Of a stretch of 64,000 nucleotides of DNA, positions 19,162 through 28,579 are shown piece after piece. The stretch is from Armatimonadota bacterium. GTDB taxonomy: Bacteria; Armatimonadota; Fimbriimonadia; Fimbriimonadales; Fimbriimonadaceae. The DNA is taken from positions 4,636 to 68,635 of the forward strand of contig JAGQUX010000004.1 of the NCBI GenBank assembly GCA_020438215.1, in the 5' to 3' direction. The notes beneath the pieces are model-generated. The model saw only the letters and a program-made list of their open reading frames with translations. It did not search any database and was not told the origin of the DNA. Every line of letters starts with the position of its first letter. The first letter of the stretch is position 1. The position numbers and the translations under genes are program-made.

Positions 19162-20601
19162 TTATCCACGCAGCAAGGAGAGGACTGCTTGCGGAGCCTG
19201 ATTTGCTTGAGCCAGGACGCTCAAGCCGCTTTGCTGAAGGATCTGATATTTGGTGTAGACCGTCATTTCTTCGGCGATATCCGTATCGCGGACTGCCGAT
19301 TCCGATGCGGCCAGGTTTTCTTTTGCGATGCCGAGGCTTCGGACGTTGGATTCCAGCACGTTTCGCATGAAGGAACCGATTTCCCCGCGCCGGCGGCTGA
19401 GCTCGGTGACCGCAGCATCGATGCGTTGCAGAGCGTCATTAGCACCGCTGGTGTTGGTCATGTCAATTCCCGAAACGCTGAGAGCGGAGCTGGAAAAGTT
19501 TCCGATGCTCAAGGTCGCTCGCTGACCAACGTTAGCACCGACTTGGAACTGTGCGGAGCCGACAGTGACGTAGCCTGCACCAGTGTAGGTTGCCACGGTA
19601 GCTGCATCTTTGAGTCGGATGGTGTTCCCATCAGTGTCGGTAAGAGTCAAACCATCGTTGCCCATTTGACCACCTGTGAAGGTGACGGGGGTTCCACCAC
19701 CGATATCCACTTGTGCAATCGCATTGATGCCGGTTCCAGTTACAGTATTTGCTCCAGAGAGAAGCACACCTTGGTCGGTCAAGGTGATGTTGCCTTTGGT
19801 GCCATAAGTGGTTGCGGTGAGGTTGATCGTACCGTTAGTGCCGTCGTGAGCCGCACTTGCGGTAACACCAGTTGCCCCGCTTTGGAGGTTGATCTTATCA
19901 ACAATGTCACCCCAGGTATCGCCAGCTTTCGCTTCGATAGCGACTCCATTGATGTAGAAGGTGCCGTAGTCTGCCGCAGTCAGAGCTGTGCCGTTATAAG
20001 CAGCCAAGTTGGCCGAAGCAATCGTGTTTGTTCCAGGAACCGTTGCTCGCGTTGCCGCTGTTGTCACTTGGACATTAAGAGCACCATTTCCTGTGACAGA
20101 TTGACCATTGAACATCCCCGAGAGAGTGATGTTGTCAATCACGTTCGTGTTCACAACCGCAGCATTCACCCCAGCAGAACCGTTCAGCAGTCGCTTCGTG
20201 CCGAATTGTGTTTCGGCGGCGATTCGGTCGATAGAACTTGCAATCAGGTTCCACTGAGTTTGATTTGCTTGCAGTTGATCTGCACTAAGAATTGCGCTGT
20301 TAGCGCTGGAAACTGCCAGAGCGCGGCCTTCGCGGAGAAGTCGTGCTAATTCGTCGAGAGCGCCTTCAGCGGTTTTTGCGTAGTTGATGGCGTCTTGGTT
20401 GTTGCTGATCGCAGAAGAGAGGCCTGCGATTTGAGATCGGAAATTTTCCGAGAAGATCAGACCCGCCGGATCGTCTGCCGCAGAGTTAATGCGAAGACCA
20501 GTGGAGAGTCGATTAACACTTTGACCAAAAGCTTGGCTGGTGTTATTCAAATTTCGAAGGGCCGACATGGCCGAAGTGTTTGTATTGATGCGAAAAGACA
20601 T
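19162..20601 (-). CDS. fliC: Flagellin
   Basis: MSFRINTN...RLSTGLRINSAADDPAG and RDTDIAEEM...AQANQAPQAVLSLL termini. Confidence 0.97.
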   Translation of the reverse strand: MSFRINTNTSAMSALRNLNNTSQAFGQSVNRLSTGLRINSAADDPAGLIFSENFRSQIAGLSSAISNNQDAINYAKTAEGALDELARLLREGRALAVSSANSAILSADQLQANQTQWNLIASSIDRIAAETQFGTKRLLNGSAGVNAAVVNTNVIDNITLSGMFNGQSVTGNGALNVQVTTAATRATVPGTNTIASANLAAYNGTALTAADYGTFYINGVAIEAKAGDTWGDIVDKINLQSGATGVTASAAHDGTNGTINLTATTYGTKGNITLTDQGVLLSGANTVTGTGINAIAQVDIGGGTPVTFTGGQMGNDGLTLTDTDGNTIRLKDAATVATYTGAGYVTVGSAQFQVGANVGQRATLSIGNFSSSALSVSGIDMTNTSGANDALQRIDAAVTELSRRRGEIGSFMRNVLESNVRSLGIAKENLAASESAVRDTDIAEEMTVYTKYQILQQSGLSVLAQANQAPQAVLSLLRG

Positions 20602-20680
20602 TTCTAGTTTCTTCCTTGAACTATCGCGGAATGCCTGGCCTCATCCTGAGCGCCGTTTCGTGGCTTTCCGTGCTTGTCCA
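20602..20680 (-). promoter_or_regulatory. Flagellin leader with candidate CsrA sites
   Basis: Four GGA motifs, including the CUCA-GGA-UGAG hairpin and the AAGGAAG RBS. Confidence 0.55.
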
Positions 20681-20913
20681 CATGTCTTATTCCCTGTCAG
20701 ATTTACCAGTCACCCAGTAAAATTACCAGTTCTAGCATTTCTAACAGGTTTTTTCTTTCCTAGTAATTGTGCGAGGGTGTGTCTTGAACCTAAAACAGGC
20801 TGTTTTGGGGGCGAAGACTTTTTTGAAAAAAAATTCTAGAAGTTGCGAATTTTGCCCGCTTGGACTGCTGACGCCCTGAAATCAGGCACGGAGTAACTCG
20901 GACGCAACCCTGT

Positions 20914-21222
20914 GTGGCACTGGTGCAACCAGTGAACTTTGAGATCCTTTCCCGAAGATCGGGAGAGGGCAGGGTGAAGGTTGATCGCCCACCGAAAGCA
21001 CGCACAACTAGCTCTCAACCCTCCACTCAATCTCCTCCCAATCTTTGGGAGGAGAAGCTAGAAGCTCAATCGCGTGGCACTAGTGCAACCAGTGTCCCTT
21101 GGGATCCTCACCCGAAGATCGGGAGAGGGCAGGATGAGGGTTGATCGCAAACCCAAAGCACTCTCACCTCGTTCTCAACCCTCTTCTCAATCTCCTCCCA
21201 ATCTTTGGGAGGAAACGCTGGC
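20914..21222. repeat. Two tandem 160-bp REP-like composite palindromic units
   Basis: Copies start at 20914 and 21074 and align without gaps; each holds three hairpins. Confidence 0.85.
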
Positions 21223-21224
21223 AA

Positions 21225-22937
21225 CTATTCCGCGTGACCCTGATAGAACTCCCAATCCCAATCAAAGTCCTTTGTGATTTTCTCGCCACTCAGGATTGCT
21301 CGCACCATGACCCAAGGCATGTTTCCCATGCGGATAACTGCGTCGTGGAAGTCCTTCTCCTTCATCTTGCCGGTATCAACCAACTCGCGACGAATCTCCC
21401 ACATTTGGAACGCCCCTAACATATAAGCCGCCTGATACAACGGCGGATACGTCCCACCGAACGACCGGCGCACCTCACCTTCTGCAGTGGATCGCTCATG
21501 CCCGACTTCATTAACAAGAAGATCAACACACTCTTGTGTTGTCATCTTGCCCAGGTGGAACCCAAGCGAAAACTGGATTCGCGCCGCTCGGTGTTTTCTC
21601 CAGAACAGCATTCCGATCCGGTCTTCGGGGGTTGCCGGGAATCCGCGCTTATATAGTAAGAACTCCCAATAAAGAGCCCAGCCTTCTGTCCAGAACGGAG
21701 TGTTCGTGATTCCCGAGCGGTGAGTATTGAACCGCTCAGCAAAAAAGAACTGAAGATGGTGACCTGGAATCAACTCATGGTGAGTGACCGCGCGTGAGAA
21801 ATGAATGTTATTCGCCCGCATCGACATCAACTTCTGCTCATGCGTCATTTCATCGGTTGGATAACTGACAATAATGGACTCGCCACCCAAAAAGAACGGA
21901 GAAACCAATTGCCGCTCTGGCGACATCATCGTCATCCGCCAGACATCCTTTGCTAAGTCCGGAATCGTAATCAGATCGTTCTTTTCCAGGTATTCGATAG
22001 CTTCTTCTGCCAAGCCGCGCACCATTTCTGGTTGCTTGCCCGGCTCAACGTGCTTCGTTTTGACGTACTCCAAAGCCTCGCGCCAGTCATCGTAGCCAAG
22101 CTCCTTGGCATACTTCTTCAGCTCACGATCACACCAAACGATTTCTTTCTTGGCAATCTCAAAAAGCTCTTCGGGAGTGTAAGAGATCATTTCGTGCTCT
22201 AGCTCCTTTCGGAGCGCAGCATCACCAATCGGATCACCGGGGATTGCCGTGGAGCTGGTATCCCCCATCAGATTCTTCTGAATGAACTCAAGATAAGAAT
22301 TCGTTGCTGATTCAAAGTCCTCCCACGGCTTTTTCACCCACCAGGTAAACATGGGATCATAGCCTGCGGAGTATTCAAACCACTCTTTTGTTCGATCTTT
22401 GAGCCGGCGGATTGTGGCGTGGGCACGGCGAGCATCGGAATCTTTGACTTTACTCGCACCCTGCTGACTTGCATTCCGGTGGGCCTCTTTGACTGACTGA
22501 GTGATCTGAGTTAGGGCTTCGGCACTTGCTTCTGCACTTGGACTCAAACGCTGCGGGCGCTGATCTATCAAGAGGCTCAGATCGTCCAGAAACGGATGCA
22601 AGTCTTTGGTTGATTCGAGCTGCTCTTCGCGAAAGGCTTCTTCATCCAATCGAACTCGCAATTTATGTCGCAACATGATCCAGTCGGCTTTGCCTGGCTC
22701 AGTGAGTTCATCGAACGGCACTTCATCCAGTGCTTTCAGCCAGCCGTGATAAAACTCGTCCATCTTGCCGAGCCGCAAACGAGACTCTTCAATCGGATAA
22801 AGCCGACCCAAAGCCCCTTCGTCAGCGCGGAACCTATTCATCAGGTTTGCCATTGCGCCAGAATCTTCGTATTGCGAGACTGCGGGGATGCCTCCAAGAT
22901 GGGCAGTGAGGGCTAAAGCCAACCAAGTTGTGGTCAT
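21225..22937 (-). CDS. DUF885 family protein
   Basis: HHELIPGHHLQ, TEGWALYWE, QAAYMLG; signal peptide. Confidence 0.88.
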   Translation of the reverse strand: MTTTWLALALTAHLGGIPAVSQYEDSGAMANLMNRFRADEGALGRLYPIEESRLRLGKMDEFYHGWLKALDEVPFDELTEPGKADWIMLRHKLRVRLDEEAFREEQLESTKDLHPFLDDLSLLIDQRPQRLSPSAEASAEALTQITQSVKEAHRNASQQGASKVKDSDARRAHATIRRLKDRTKEWFEYSAGYDPMFTWWVKKPWEDFESATNSYLEFIQKNLMGDTSSTAIPGDPIGDAALRKELEHEMISYTPEELFEIAKKEIVWCDRELKKYAKELGYDDWREALEYVKTKHVEPGKQPEMVRGLAEEAIEYLEKNDLITIPDLAKDVWRMTMMSPERQLVSPFFLGGESIIVSYPTDEMTHEQKLMSMRANNIHFSRAVTHHELIPGHHLQFFFAERFNTHRSGITNTPFWTEGWALYWEFLLYKRGFPATPEDRIGMLFWRKHRAARIQFSLGFHLGKMTTQECVDLLVNEVGHERSTAEGEVRRSFGGTYPPLYQAAYMLGAFQMWEIRRELVDTGKMKEKDFHDAVIRMGNMPWVMVRAILSGEKITKDFDWDWEFYQGHAE

Positions 22938-23072
22938 AGTCCCATTCTAGTCCGTAAGGGTCATAAAGGACCACCCCTCACGCTGGTATCATGATTGACC
23001 TTGCGTCAGCTTGGGGATAACTTCAAGTAATTCTTGGCGCACAAATCGATTTGAATTCAGGGACCACAAGAA

Positions 23073-23207
23073 ATGAAACGAACATTTCAACCGAATAACC
23101 GGAAGCGAAGCAAAACTCACGGCTTCCGAATCCGAATGCGAACGACCGATGGTCAAAACGTTTTGAAGCGACGCCGCCTGCGCGGTCGCAAGCGATTGGC
23201 CGCCTGA
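23073..23207 (+). CDS. rpmH: 50S ribosomal protein bL34
   Basis: [22 protein letters not shown]...[10 protein letters not shown]; not in the ORF track. Confidence 0.97.
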   Translation: MKRTFQPNNRKRSKTHGFRIRMRTTDGQNVLKRRRLRGRKRLAA

Positions 23208-23536
23208 AAGGACCTCGACCTTCCCGTTTTGACGAGATTTTCGATACAGGTCTCACTTCTAGTAGCCCAAACCTGAAGCTTTATTCTCTCCCAGGCCAGG
23301 GACTCCTCGGAATCGCAACCAGCCGAAAACTCGGATCACGACCCCGCCGTAACTTGTTTAAGCGGCGGATGAAGGCGATAGCGACGAATTATGGAGATCA
23401 AATGGCGAATTTTGATTGGGTGGTGAGCGTTAAGCACTCTGCCGCCCAAGCGACCTATCCTGACCTCGCTACGGAGTTGGGCGAGCTCATCACGGAGTCG
23501 TTAAGACGATGGGAAAAGCAATCGGAGTTTTCCTGA
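23204..23536 (+). CDS. rnpA: RNase P protein component (probable CTG start)
   Basis: Position between rpmH and yidD; [22 protein letters not shown] matches the RNR-motif region; frame open from a stop at 23096. Confidence 0.85.
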   Translation: MKGPRPSRFDEIFDTGLTSSSPNLKLYSLPGQGLLGIATSRKLGSRPRRNLFKRRMKAIATNYGDQMANFDWVVSVKHSAAQATYPDLATELGELITESLRRWEKQSEFS

Positions 23537-23718
23537 TCCGCCTGTACCAAAAATCGACCAAATGGATGCCTCCCACATGTCGCTACACTCCCTCCTGCTC
23601 CCAATACACACTCGAAGCCGTACAAAAGTACGGACTCATCAAGGGCAGTTGGATGGGTGTAAAAAGAATTGCGCGATGCCACCCCTTTCATCCCGGAGGA
23701 GAGGATCCGGTTCCGTAA
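23509..23718 (+). CDS. yidD: Membrane protein insertion efficiency factor YidD
   Basis: [22 protein letters not shown]. Confidence 0.95.
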   Translation: MGKAIGVFLIRLYQKSTKWMPPTCRYTPSCSQYTLEAVQKYGLIKGSWMGVKRIARCHPFHPGGEDPVP

Positions 23719-23733
23719 GAACAGTTTGTTGAT

Positions 23734-25185
23734 ATGAAAAGCCAAGCGCCTGCACCAAAGTCGAACCTGATCCAAATGATGATGATCGGAGCCATGATCT
23801 TTCTTGGCTTCCAACTCTTCATGGGGCCAAAAAACAATCAGGACAAGCGGAATTCTGCCGAACAGCTTGTAGATATCCAGAAAATGAACGCGGAGCTCCG
23901 CGACATTGATCTCCAAACTGCGGTTCGTAAGTACGAGCAGACCGTTCGCGCTGAAGGAAAATCAGCGGGCAAATCTCGCGAAGAGATTGATGCGGACGTC
24001 ATGCAGGGCTATGTTCTCCTAGCTGATGCAACCCTCAAAAGCGGCCTTTACCGCACTCACTTGAAAGAGGAAGGCAAAGCGCAAACCGATTACGGTTATA
24101 AGAAAATCCGCCGCGCATATGACTCCTTCAAGCCCAAGTTCGAGGCTTTTCACAAAAAAGACGTTTGGCAAAAAGCAGTGGCAGTCGCTCCAACCGAAGG
24201 GCGTCCACAAACGGAAATCACCCCAGAACAGATTTATGAAGATATCAAGGGAGAACTTAGTCCGCTAGCAGAAAGCCAGCCTGTTATTGGATTCATCCCC
24301 GGATACAAGCTGATTGACACCCTCGTACAAGCTACGGGAGCAAAACCATGGCTGAGTTATACGCTAGCCGCGTTCTTCCTCGCGATTTGTGTACGCGCGA
24401 TTGTCTGGCCCCTCGCTCAAAAACAGTTTATCTGGGGTCGCCGGATGCAACAGCTTCAGCCTATGCTGAAGGAAATCCAGGCGAAGTACAAAGATAAGAA
24501 GACCGGTCAGATTAAAGATCAAGCCGCTTTCCAATCGGAAACGATGGCTTTGTACAAAAAGTACGGCCTCAACCCGTTTGCTGGATGTGGTCCGGCTCTC
24601 ATCCAAATGCCGCTCTTCTTGATCGTGTATCAGTGCATGCGGCACTACGAATTTGAATTCACCAAAGGGTATTTCCTTTGGATTCACCCAGGCTCAACGA
24701 AATTCCTTGGTCTCAACCTCGCCCCAAACCTTGGCGAGCGTGACTACTGGCTCGTTGTTGTCTATGGCATCTCGATGATCACAACAACTCTCTTGATGCC
24801 GGTCAGTGATCCAGCCAACGCCAAGCAGGGCAAATTGATGGGACTCGGGATTGCCGTGTTCTTCACCATCTCCATGTTCTTTTATCCATTGCCGAGCGCG
24901 TTTATTCTCTACTGGATCTTCCTTAACATTTTGTCGACCACTCAGTCCCTTCTCGTGCACCGCATGGAATTGGAACCGCTGCAGCCGGTCGCAAGCGAAG
25001 CAGGAGGCGTTATTCCTGGTCAGGTCGTGGAAAAAGGCGCGGCCGCCACAGGAGCTGCCACTGCTGACCTTTCGCAAAATCCTGGATGTATGTCCGGTGG
25101 GTTTATGAAAGCGCTGGAGCAAGCCCAGCATCGTGCTCAAGCCATTCAAGAAGAACAAGGCAAAGAGGACAAGAAAAAAAAGTAA
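23734..25185 (+). CDS. yidC: Membrane protein insertase YidC/Oxa1
   Basis: VRAIVWPL, LQPMLKEIQAKYK, NPFAGCGPALIQMP, LPSAFILYW; conserved synteny. Confidence 0.92.
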   Translation: MKSQAPAPKSNLIQMMMIGAMIFLGFQLFMGPKNNQDKRNSAEQLVDIQKMNAELRDIDLQTAVRKYEQTVRAEGKSAGKSREEIDADVMQGYVLLADATLKSGLYRTHLKEEGKAQTDYGYKKIRRAYDSFKPKFEAFHKKDVWQKAVAVAPTEGRPQTEITPEQIYEDIKGELSPLAESQPVIGFIPGYKLIDTLVQATGAKPWLSYTLAAFFLAICVRAIVWPLAQKQFIWGRRMQQLQPMLKEIQAKYKDKKTGQIKDQAAFQSETMALYKKYGLNPFAGCGPALIQMPLFLIVYQCMRHYEFEFTKGYFLWIHPGSTKFLGLNLAPNLGERDYWLVVVYGISMITTTLLMPVSDPANAKQGKLMGLGIAVFFTISMFFYPLPSAFILYWIFLNILSTTQSLLVHRMELEPLQPVASEAGGVIPGQVVEKGAAATGAATADLSQNPGCMSGGFMKALEQAQHRAQAIQEEQGKEDKKKK

Positions 25186-25225
25186 CACCAAACTTGCGCT
25201 CTGGTGAAAAATAGGAAAACAAATT

Positions 25226-26068
25226 ATGGAATCAATCGAACTGGTTGCATCGAGTGTTGATGAGGCCCGCGATAAAGCGGCTCTCCAACTTGGCGTTGAC
25301 GCCAAGGACGTCGAAATTGAGGTTTTAGAAGAAGCCAAAGGCCTCTTCGGGAAGCCGGGCAAAGTCACGGTGAAAGCTTCTGCCAAGGCGGCAAAAGCTG
25401 AAAAGCCAAAGAAAGCTCCGGCGAAAAAAGCCAAGGAAGAACCCGCTGAAGAAGCTCCTGTCGAGGAAGTGAAAGAAGAAAAGCCGAAGAAAGCTCCGGC
25501 CAAATCTGCCGCTAAGCCGAAGAAGACAGAAGCCAAAAAAGAAGAATCTTCTGACTCTGGCGAAAAGGAAGAGCGTGAAGAAGCCGAAGCAACTCAAGAC
25601 GATGCCGACATGCTCGTCAACATGCTCAACAGCGTTTTTGAAGCCGGTGACCTGGATGCCAGCGTTTCTTGCAGTGAACTCAACGGTCGTTATGTGAACC
25701 TGGAAATCTCCGGGCAAGATGTCGGATTCCTGGTCGGGCGACGCGGTGAAGTCCTGAACGCGATTCAGTACTACATGAACGTGGTTGCCGCCCGCAAACT
25801 CCACAACGGAGTCCGCGTGACTCTAGAAGGCGACAATTACCGCGAAAAACGAGCGACTTCGCTTAGCAACATGGCGCAAGAAATTGCCGCTGAAGTTGTC
25901 AAGCGAGGCCAAGAAGCTGTTCTCGATCCTCTGCCTGCTTTCGAGCGACGGATCATTCACCAAGCCCTTTCGGAAATTGAAGGCATCAGCACCTACTCTG
26001 AAGGTGAAGAGCCGAATCGACGCATCGTGATTGCTCCTGGCGAAGGCGCAAAAAACAGCGACGACTAA
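25226..26068 (+). CDS. jag: RNA-binding protein Jag/KhpB (Jag_N, KH, R3H)
   Basis: GFLVGRRGEVLNAIQ, ERRIIHQAL, SEGEEPNRRIVI. Confidence 0.93.
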   Translation: MESIELVASSVDEARDKAALQLGVDAKDVEIEVLEEAKGLFGKPGKVTVKASAKAAKAEKPKKAPAKKAKEEPAEEAPVEEVKEEKPKKAPAKSAAKPKKTEAKKEESSDSGEKEEREEAEATQDDADMLVNMLNSVFEAGDLDASVSCSELNGRYVNLEISGQDVGFLVGRRGEVLNAIQYYMNVVAARKLHNGVRVTLEGDNYREKRATSLSNMAQEIAAEVVKRGQEAVLDPLPAFERRIIHQALSEIEGISTYSEGEEPNRRIVIAPGEGAKNSDD

Positions 26069-26089
26069 TCATAGTTTGATTCGTGAGTG

Positions 26090-26130
26090 TCAGTCTGGAA
26101 TTCCAATGGGATTTCAGACTGATTTCTTTT
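26090..26130 (+). terminator. Intrinsic terminator after jag
   Basis: TCAGTCTGGAATTCC-aat-GGGATTTCAGACTGA then TTTCTTTT. Confidence 0.8.
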
Positions 26131-26154
26131 AATCATCAGGGGTAACGTCCCCTT

Positions 26155-27084
26155 ATGGTCACAAAAATCAAGCCGAAAGCTCTCGGCCCGGGCGCACACA
26201 TCCGGATTGTCTCGCCTGCTTCCCCCATTACGCCTGAGAAAAACGCTCGCGGGCTCCAGTTGCTAGAAGATCAAGGCTACTCAACATCAATCGGTGACCA
26301 TGCTTACGATTCCCATTACTATCTGGCTGGCAACGACCGAGATCGTGCTGCTGATCTGATGGCCGCATTCACAGATGACTCCGTGGATTGCGTATTCTGC
26401 GCGCGGGGCGGATATGGATGCGCCCGCCTCCTGCCCTATCTTGATTTGGACGTGATTGCAAACTCCGGCAAAGCGTTCTGTGGGTTCAGCGATGTCACGA
26501 CTCTCCATCTTGCTTTGAACAAACGCGGACTGGTCACACTGCACACACCAATGCTGATCACTCTCAGCGTTGATCGTGAGCCTTGGGTCATTGAATCGTT
26601 CCTCAACATCCTGAAGGGTGAAAACCCAATTCCGAGCGAAGCAAAGCGAGCCGAAACCATTACTTCCGGTTCAGCAGGCGGAGAGATCACTGGTGGATGC
26701 ATGTGCCTCATCACCGATTCAATCGGTACGGCCAACAGCATCGACTGCAAAGACAAAATCGTGATCATCGAAGATGTTGAGGAAGCTCCCCACCGCGTGG
26801 ATGCCATGCTCACCCACCTGCTCAATACAGGTCAGCTTCAAAGTGCAGCGGGAATTGTCTTCGGCGAAATGACGGGAACGGATGAAAAGGCCGACCCGAC
26901 CATCGGGCCATGGCCCTGGAAAGAGATCATTCGGGATCGGGTTGCCAATCTCGGTATTCCCGCAATGATGGACTTCCCGTTCGGGCATATGAAAACAATG
27001 TTGAGCATCCCGTTTGGGGTTCAGGCCGAGATGAACGCAGACTCTGGTACCCTGAAAATTCTGGAATCTCACTGTTCTGGGTAG
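26155..27084 (+). CDS. LD-carboxypeptidase (peptidase S66)
   Basis: ARGGYG, GFSDVT (Ser), IEDVEE (Glu), PFGH (His). Confidence 0.92.
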   Translation: MVTKIKPKALGPGAHIRIVSPASPITPEKNARGLQLLEDQGYSTSIGDHAYDSHYYLAGNDRDRAADLMAAFTDDSVDCVFCARGGYGCARLLPYLDLDVIANSGKAFCGFSDVTTLHLALNKRGLVTLHTPMLITLSVDREPWVIESFLNILKGENPIPSEAKRAETITSGSAGGEITGGCMCLITDSIGTANSIDCKDKIVIIEDVEEAPHRVDAMLTHLLNTGQLQSAAGIVFGEMTGTDEKADPTIGPWPWKEIIRDRVANLGIPAMMDFPFGHMKTMLSIPFGVQAEMNADSGTLKILESHCSG

Positions 27085-27090
27085 TTCCTT

Positions 27091-28494
27091 ATGAAGCTTC
27101 GAATTCCGTTTGCCGTCACCGCACTTGCCCTTGCTGGTCTTGGGCTCGCACAAAGCCAAGCCTGGGAGAAACTCATCACTCCCGGCCTTACATACCGAAT
27201 GGAGATTGATCTCCAACTTCCGCGCGTGATCCATGCACTCCGCTACACGCCCGGGGTCAATGTTTCTAGCCGCCCAGAGATTGCTGGCGAAGTTGTTATC
27301 GACATGGATACGGAAACGAAGGGCCGCGAAGCCCTTTCCACCACCATTGAGCGCAATGGAGCCATCGCGGGCATCAATGCAGACTTCTTCCCCTGGACAG
27401 GTGACCCACTTGGGCTCATGGTTCGGCGCGGAGAACTGCTCAGTTCGCCATTTCCAGACCGATCAGTCTTTGCATGGGGTGCAGGCTACTCTTTTGCTGG
27501 CCCCGCTACATTCCGAGGTTCAATCGTTGGCTCAGGCATGACGCTGAGTCTTGATGGCGTCAACCAGGAATGCCAAGAGGACATGCTCATCCTTAACATG
27601 CCGGTTGGCGGGTTTGCCACTTCAAAAGAGGATGCGCTCTATGTTGTTCTCGAAGGAGCCCAGACCCTCACTCCCAAAAGCAGTTTCAAAGCTCGCGTCG
27701 GGCTCTTCACACCCGATATCAAGCAACTCAAAGTCAATAAAGACCAAATGGTCTTAGTGGGGCATGGGGTTGCGAAAGATAAGCTCGCCAAGCTTGAACG
27801 CGGCTCCGAAGTCACGATCAATATCGCAATGGGCGGTGTGGATTGGGACAAGGCCGTCAATGCCGTGGGAGGTGGCCCACTCCTGCTTTCCAATGGCAAA
27901 GAGTCTATTGATGTCGCTAAAGAGCACTTCGGGGCCGCTTTTGCAACTGATCGCCATCCGCGAACCGCCATCGGATCCACTCCACAGGGAGATGTCTGGC
28001 TGGTAGTCGTTGATGGGCGCCAAGACATGAGCCGCGGTGCAACGCTCGCTGAGATGGCCGCAATCATGCGCCGCCTCGGGTGCACAGGCGCAATTAACCT
28101 TGATGGTGGCGGTAGCTCCACGCTCAACGTTATGGGTGTGACGATGAACCGCCCTTCCGGTGGAGCCGAGCGAGCAATCTCTAACAGTCTTTTGCTGTTT
28201 GGGGTTGATCCGGTTGTAGGCACTGACCCGGGAAGCTTTGTCATCAAAGGTGTGCCTCGCGTCGAAATGGGCAAGACCGCTAGCTTTTCGGTTGTTGATG
28301 TTGCTGGCAACACAATCCCAGTCCGCGATGTTTTCTGGTCGGCAATGGGTGACGCTTGGATTGACCAAGCCGGAATCCTTCGCACCCTCAAGCCGGGCAA
28401 ATGCCAGATCACTGCATGGGTCAAGGGCGTAAAAATGACCGTAGAAGTCACCGTCGAGGGTGCATCCGCCCCACCACCAGCTCAAAAAAGCTAA
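27091..28494 (+). CDS. Phosphodiester glycosidase (NAGPA) family protein
   Basis: AGINADFF, GGGPLL, HPRTAIG, VVDGRQ, AINLDGGGS. Confidence 0.9.
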   Translation: MKLRIPFAVTALALAGLGLAQSQAWEKLITPGLTYRMEIDLQLPRVIHALRYTPGVNVSSRPEIAGEVVIDMDTETKGREALSTTIERNGAIAGINADFFPWTGDPLGLMVRRGELLSSPFPDRSVFAWGAGYSFAGPATFRGSIVGSGMTLSLDGVNQECQEDMLILNMPVGGFATSKEDALYVVLEGAQTLTPKSSFKARVGLFTPDIKQLKVNKDQMVLVGHGVAKDKLAKLERGSEVTINIAMGGVDWDKAVNAVGGGPLLLSNGKESIDVAKEHFGAAFATDRHPRTAIGSTPQGDVWLVVVDGRQDMSRGATLAEMAAIMRRLGCTGAINLDGGGSSTLNVMGVTMNRPSGGAERAISNSLLLFGVDPVVGTDPGSFVIKGVPRVEMGKTASFSVVDVAGNTIPVRDVFWSAMGDAWIDQAGILRTLKPGKCQITAWVKGVKMTVEVTVEGASAPPPAQKS

Positions 28495-28579
28495 AAATGC
28501 ACAAATGAGGAATCCTGCGCAAGCTGAGCAGCGTAGGAACCAAACGTTTTGGCACGCAAATGTGCCTGAGAGAAGAATA

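Noticed and set aside
19162-19170. DnaA box TTATCCACG
   Set aside because: It is just the reverse complement of the last flagellin codons and stop.
19189-20349. 386-aa plus-strand ORF, and similar long ORFs such as 3468..4304 +, 24694..25536 - and 27639..28451 -
   Set aside because: They are antisense shadows of well-supported genes with no recognisable motifs.
20701-20730. TTACCAGT direct repeats upstream of fliC as a sigma28 promoter
   Set aside because: No TAAA-N15-GCCGATAA match was found. The repeats may be an operator, but I cannot support that further.
20914-21222. CRISPR array or peptide-coding repeat (ORFs 20914..21144 and 21074..21277)
   Set aside because: Only two 160-bp units, no repeat-spacer pattern and no cas genes. 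Conservation follows the hairpins and the period is not a multiple of 3.
23012-23020. oriC next to rpmH
   Set aside because: Only a single one-mismatch box and no adjacent dnaA.
24960-25225. Frameshift or fusion between yidC and jag
   Set aside because: yidC ends at a normal TAA after a lysine-rich tail, and jag has its own RBS and ATG.
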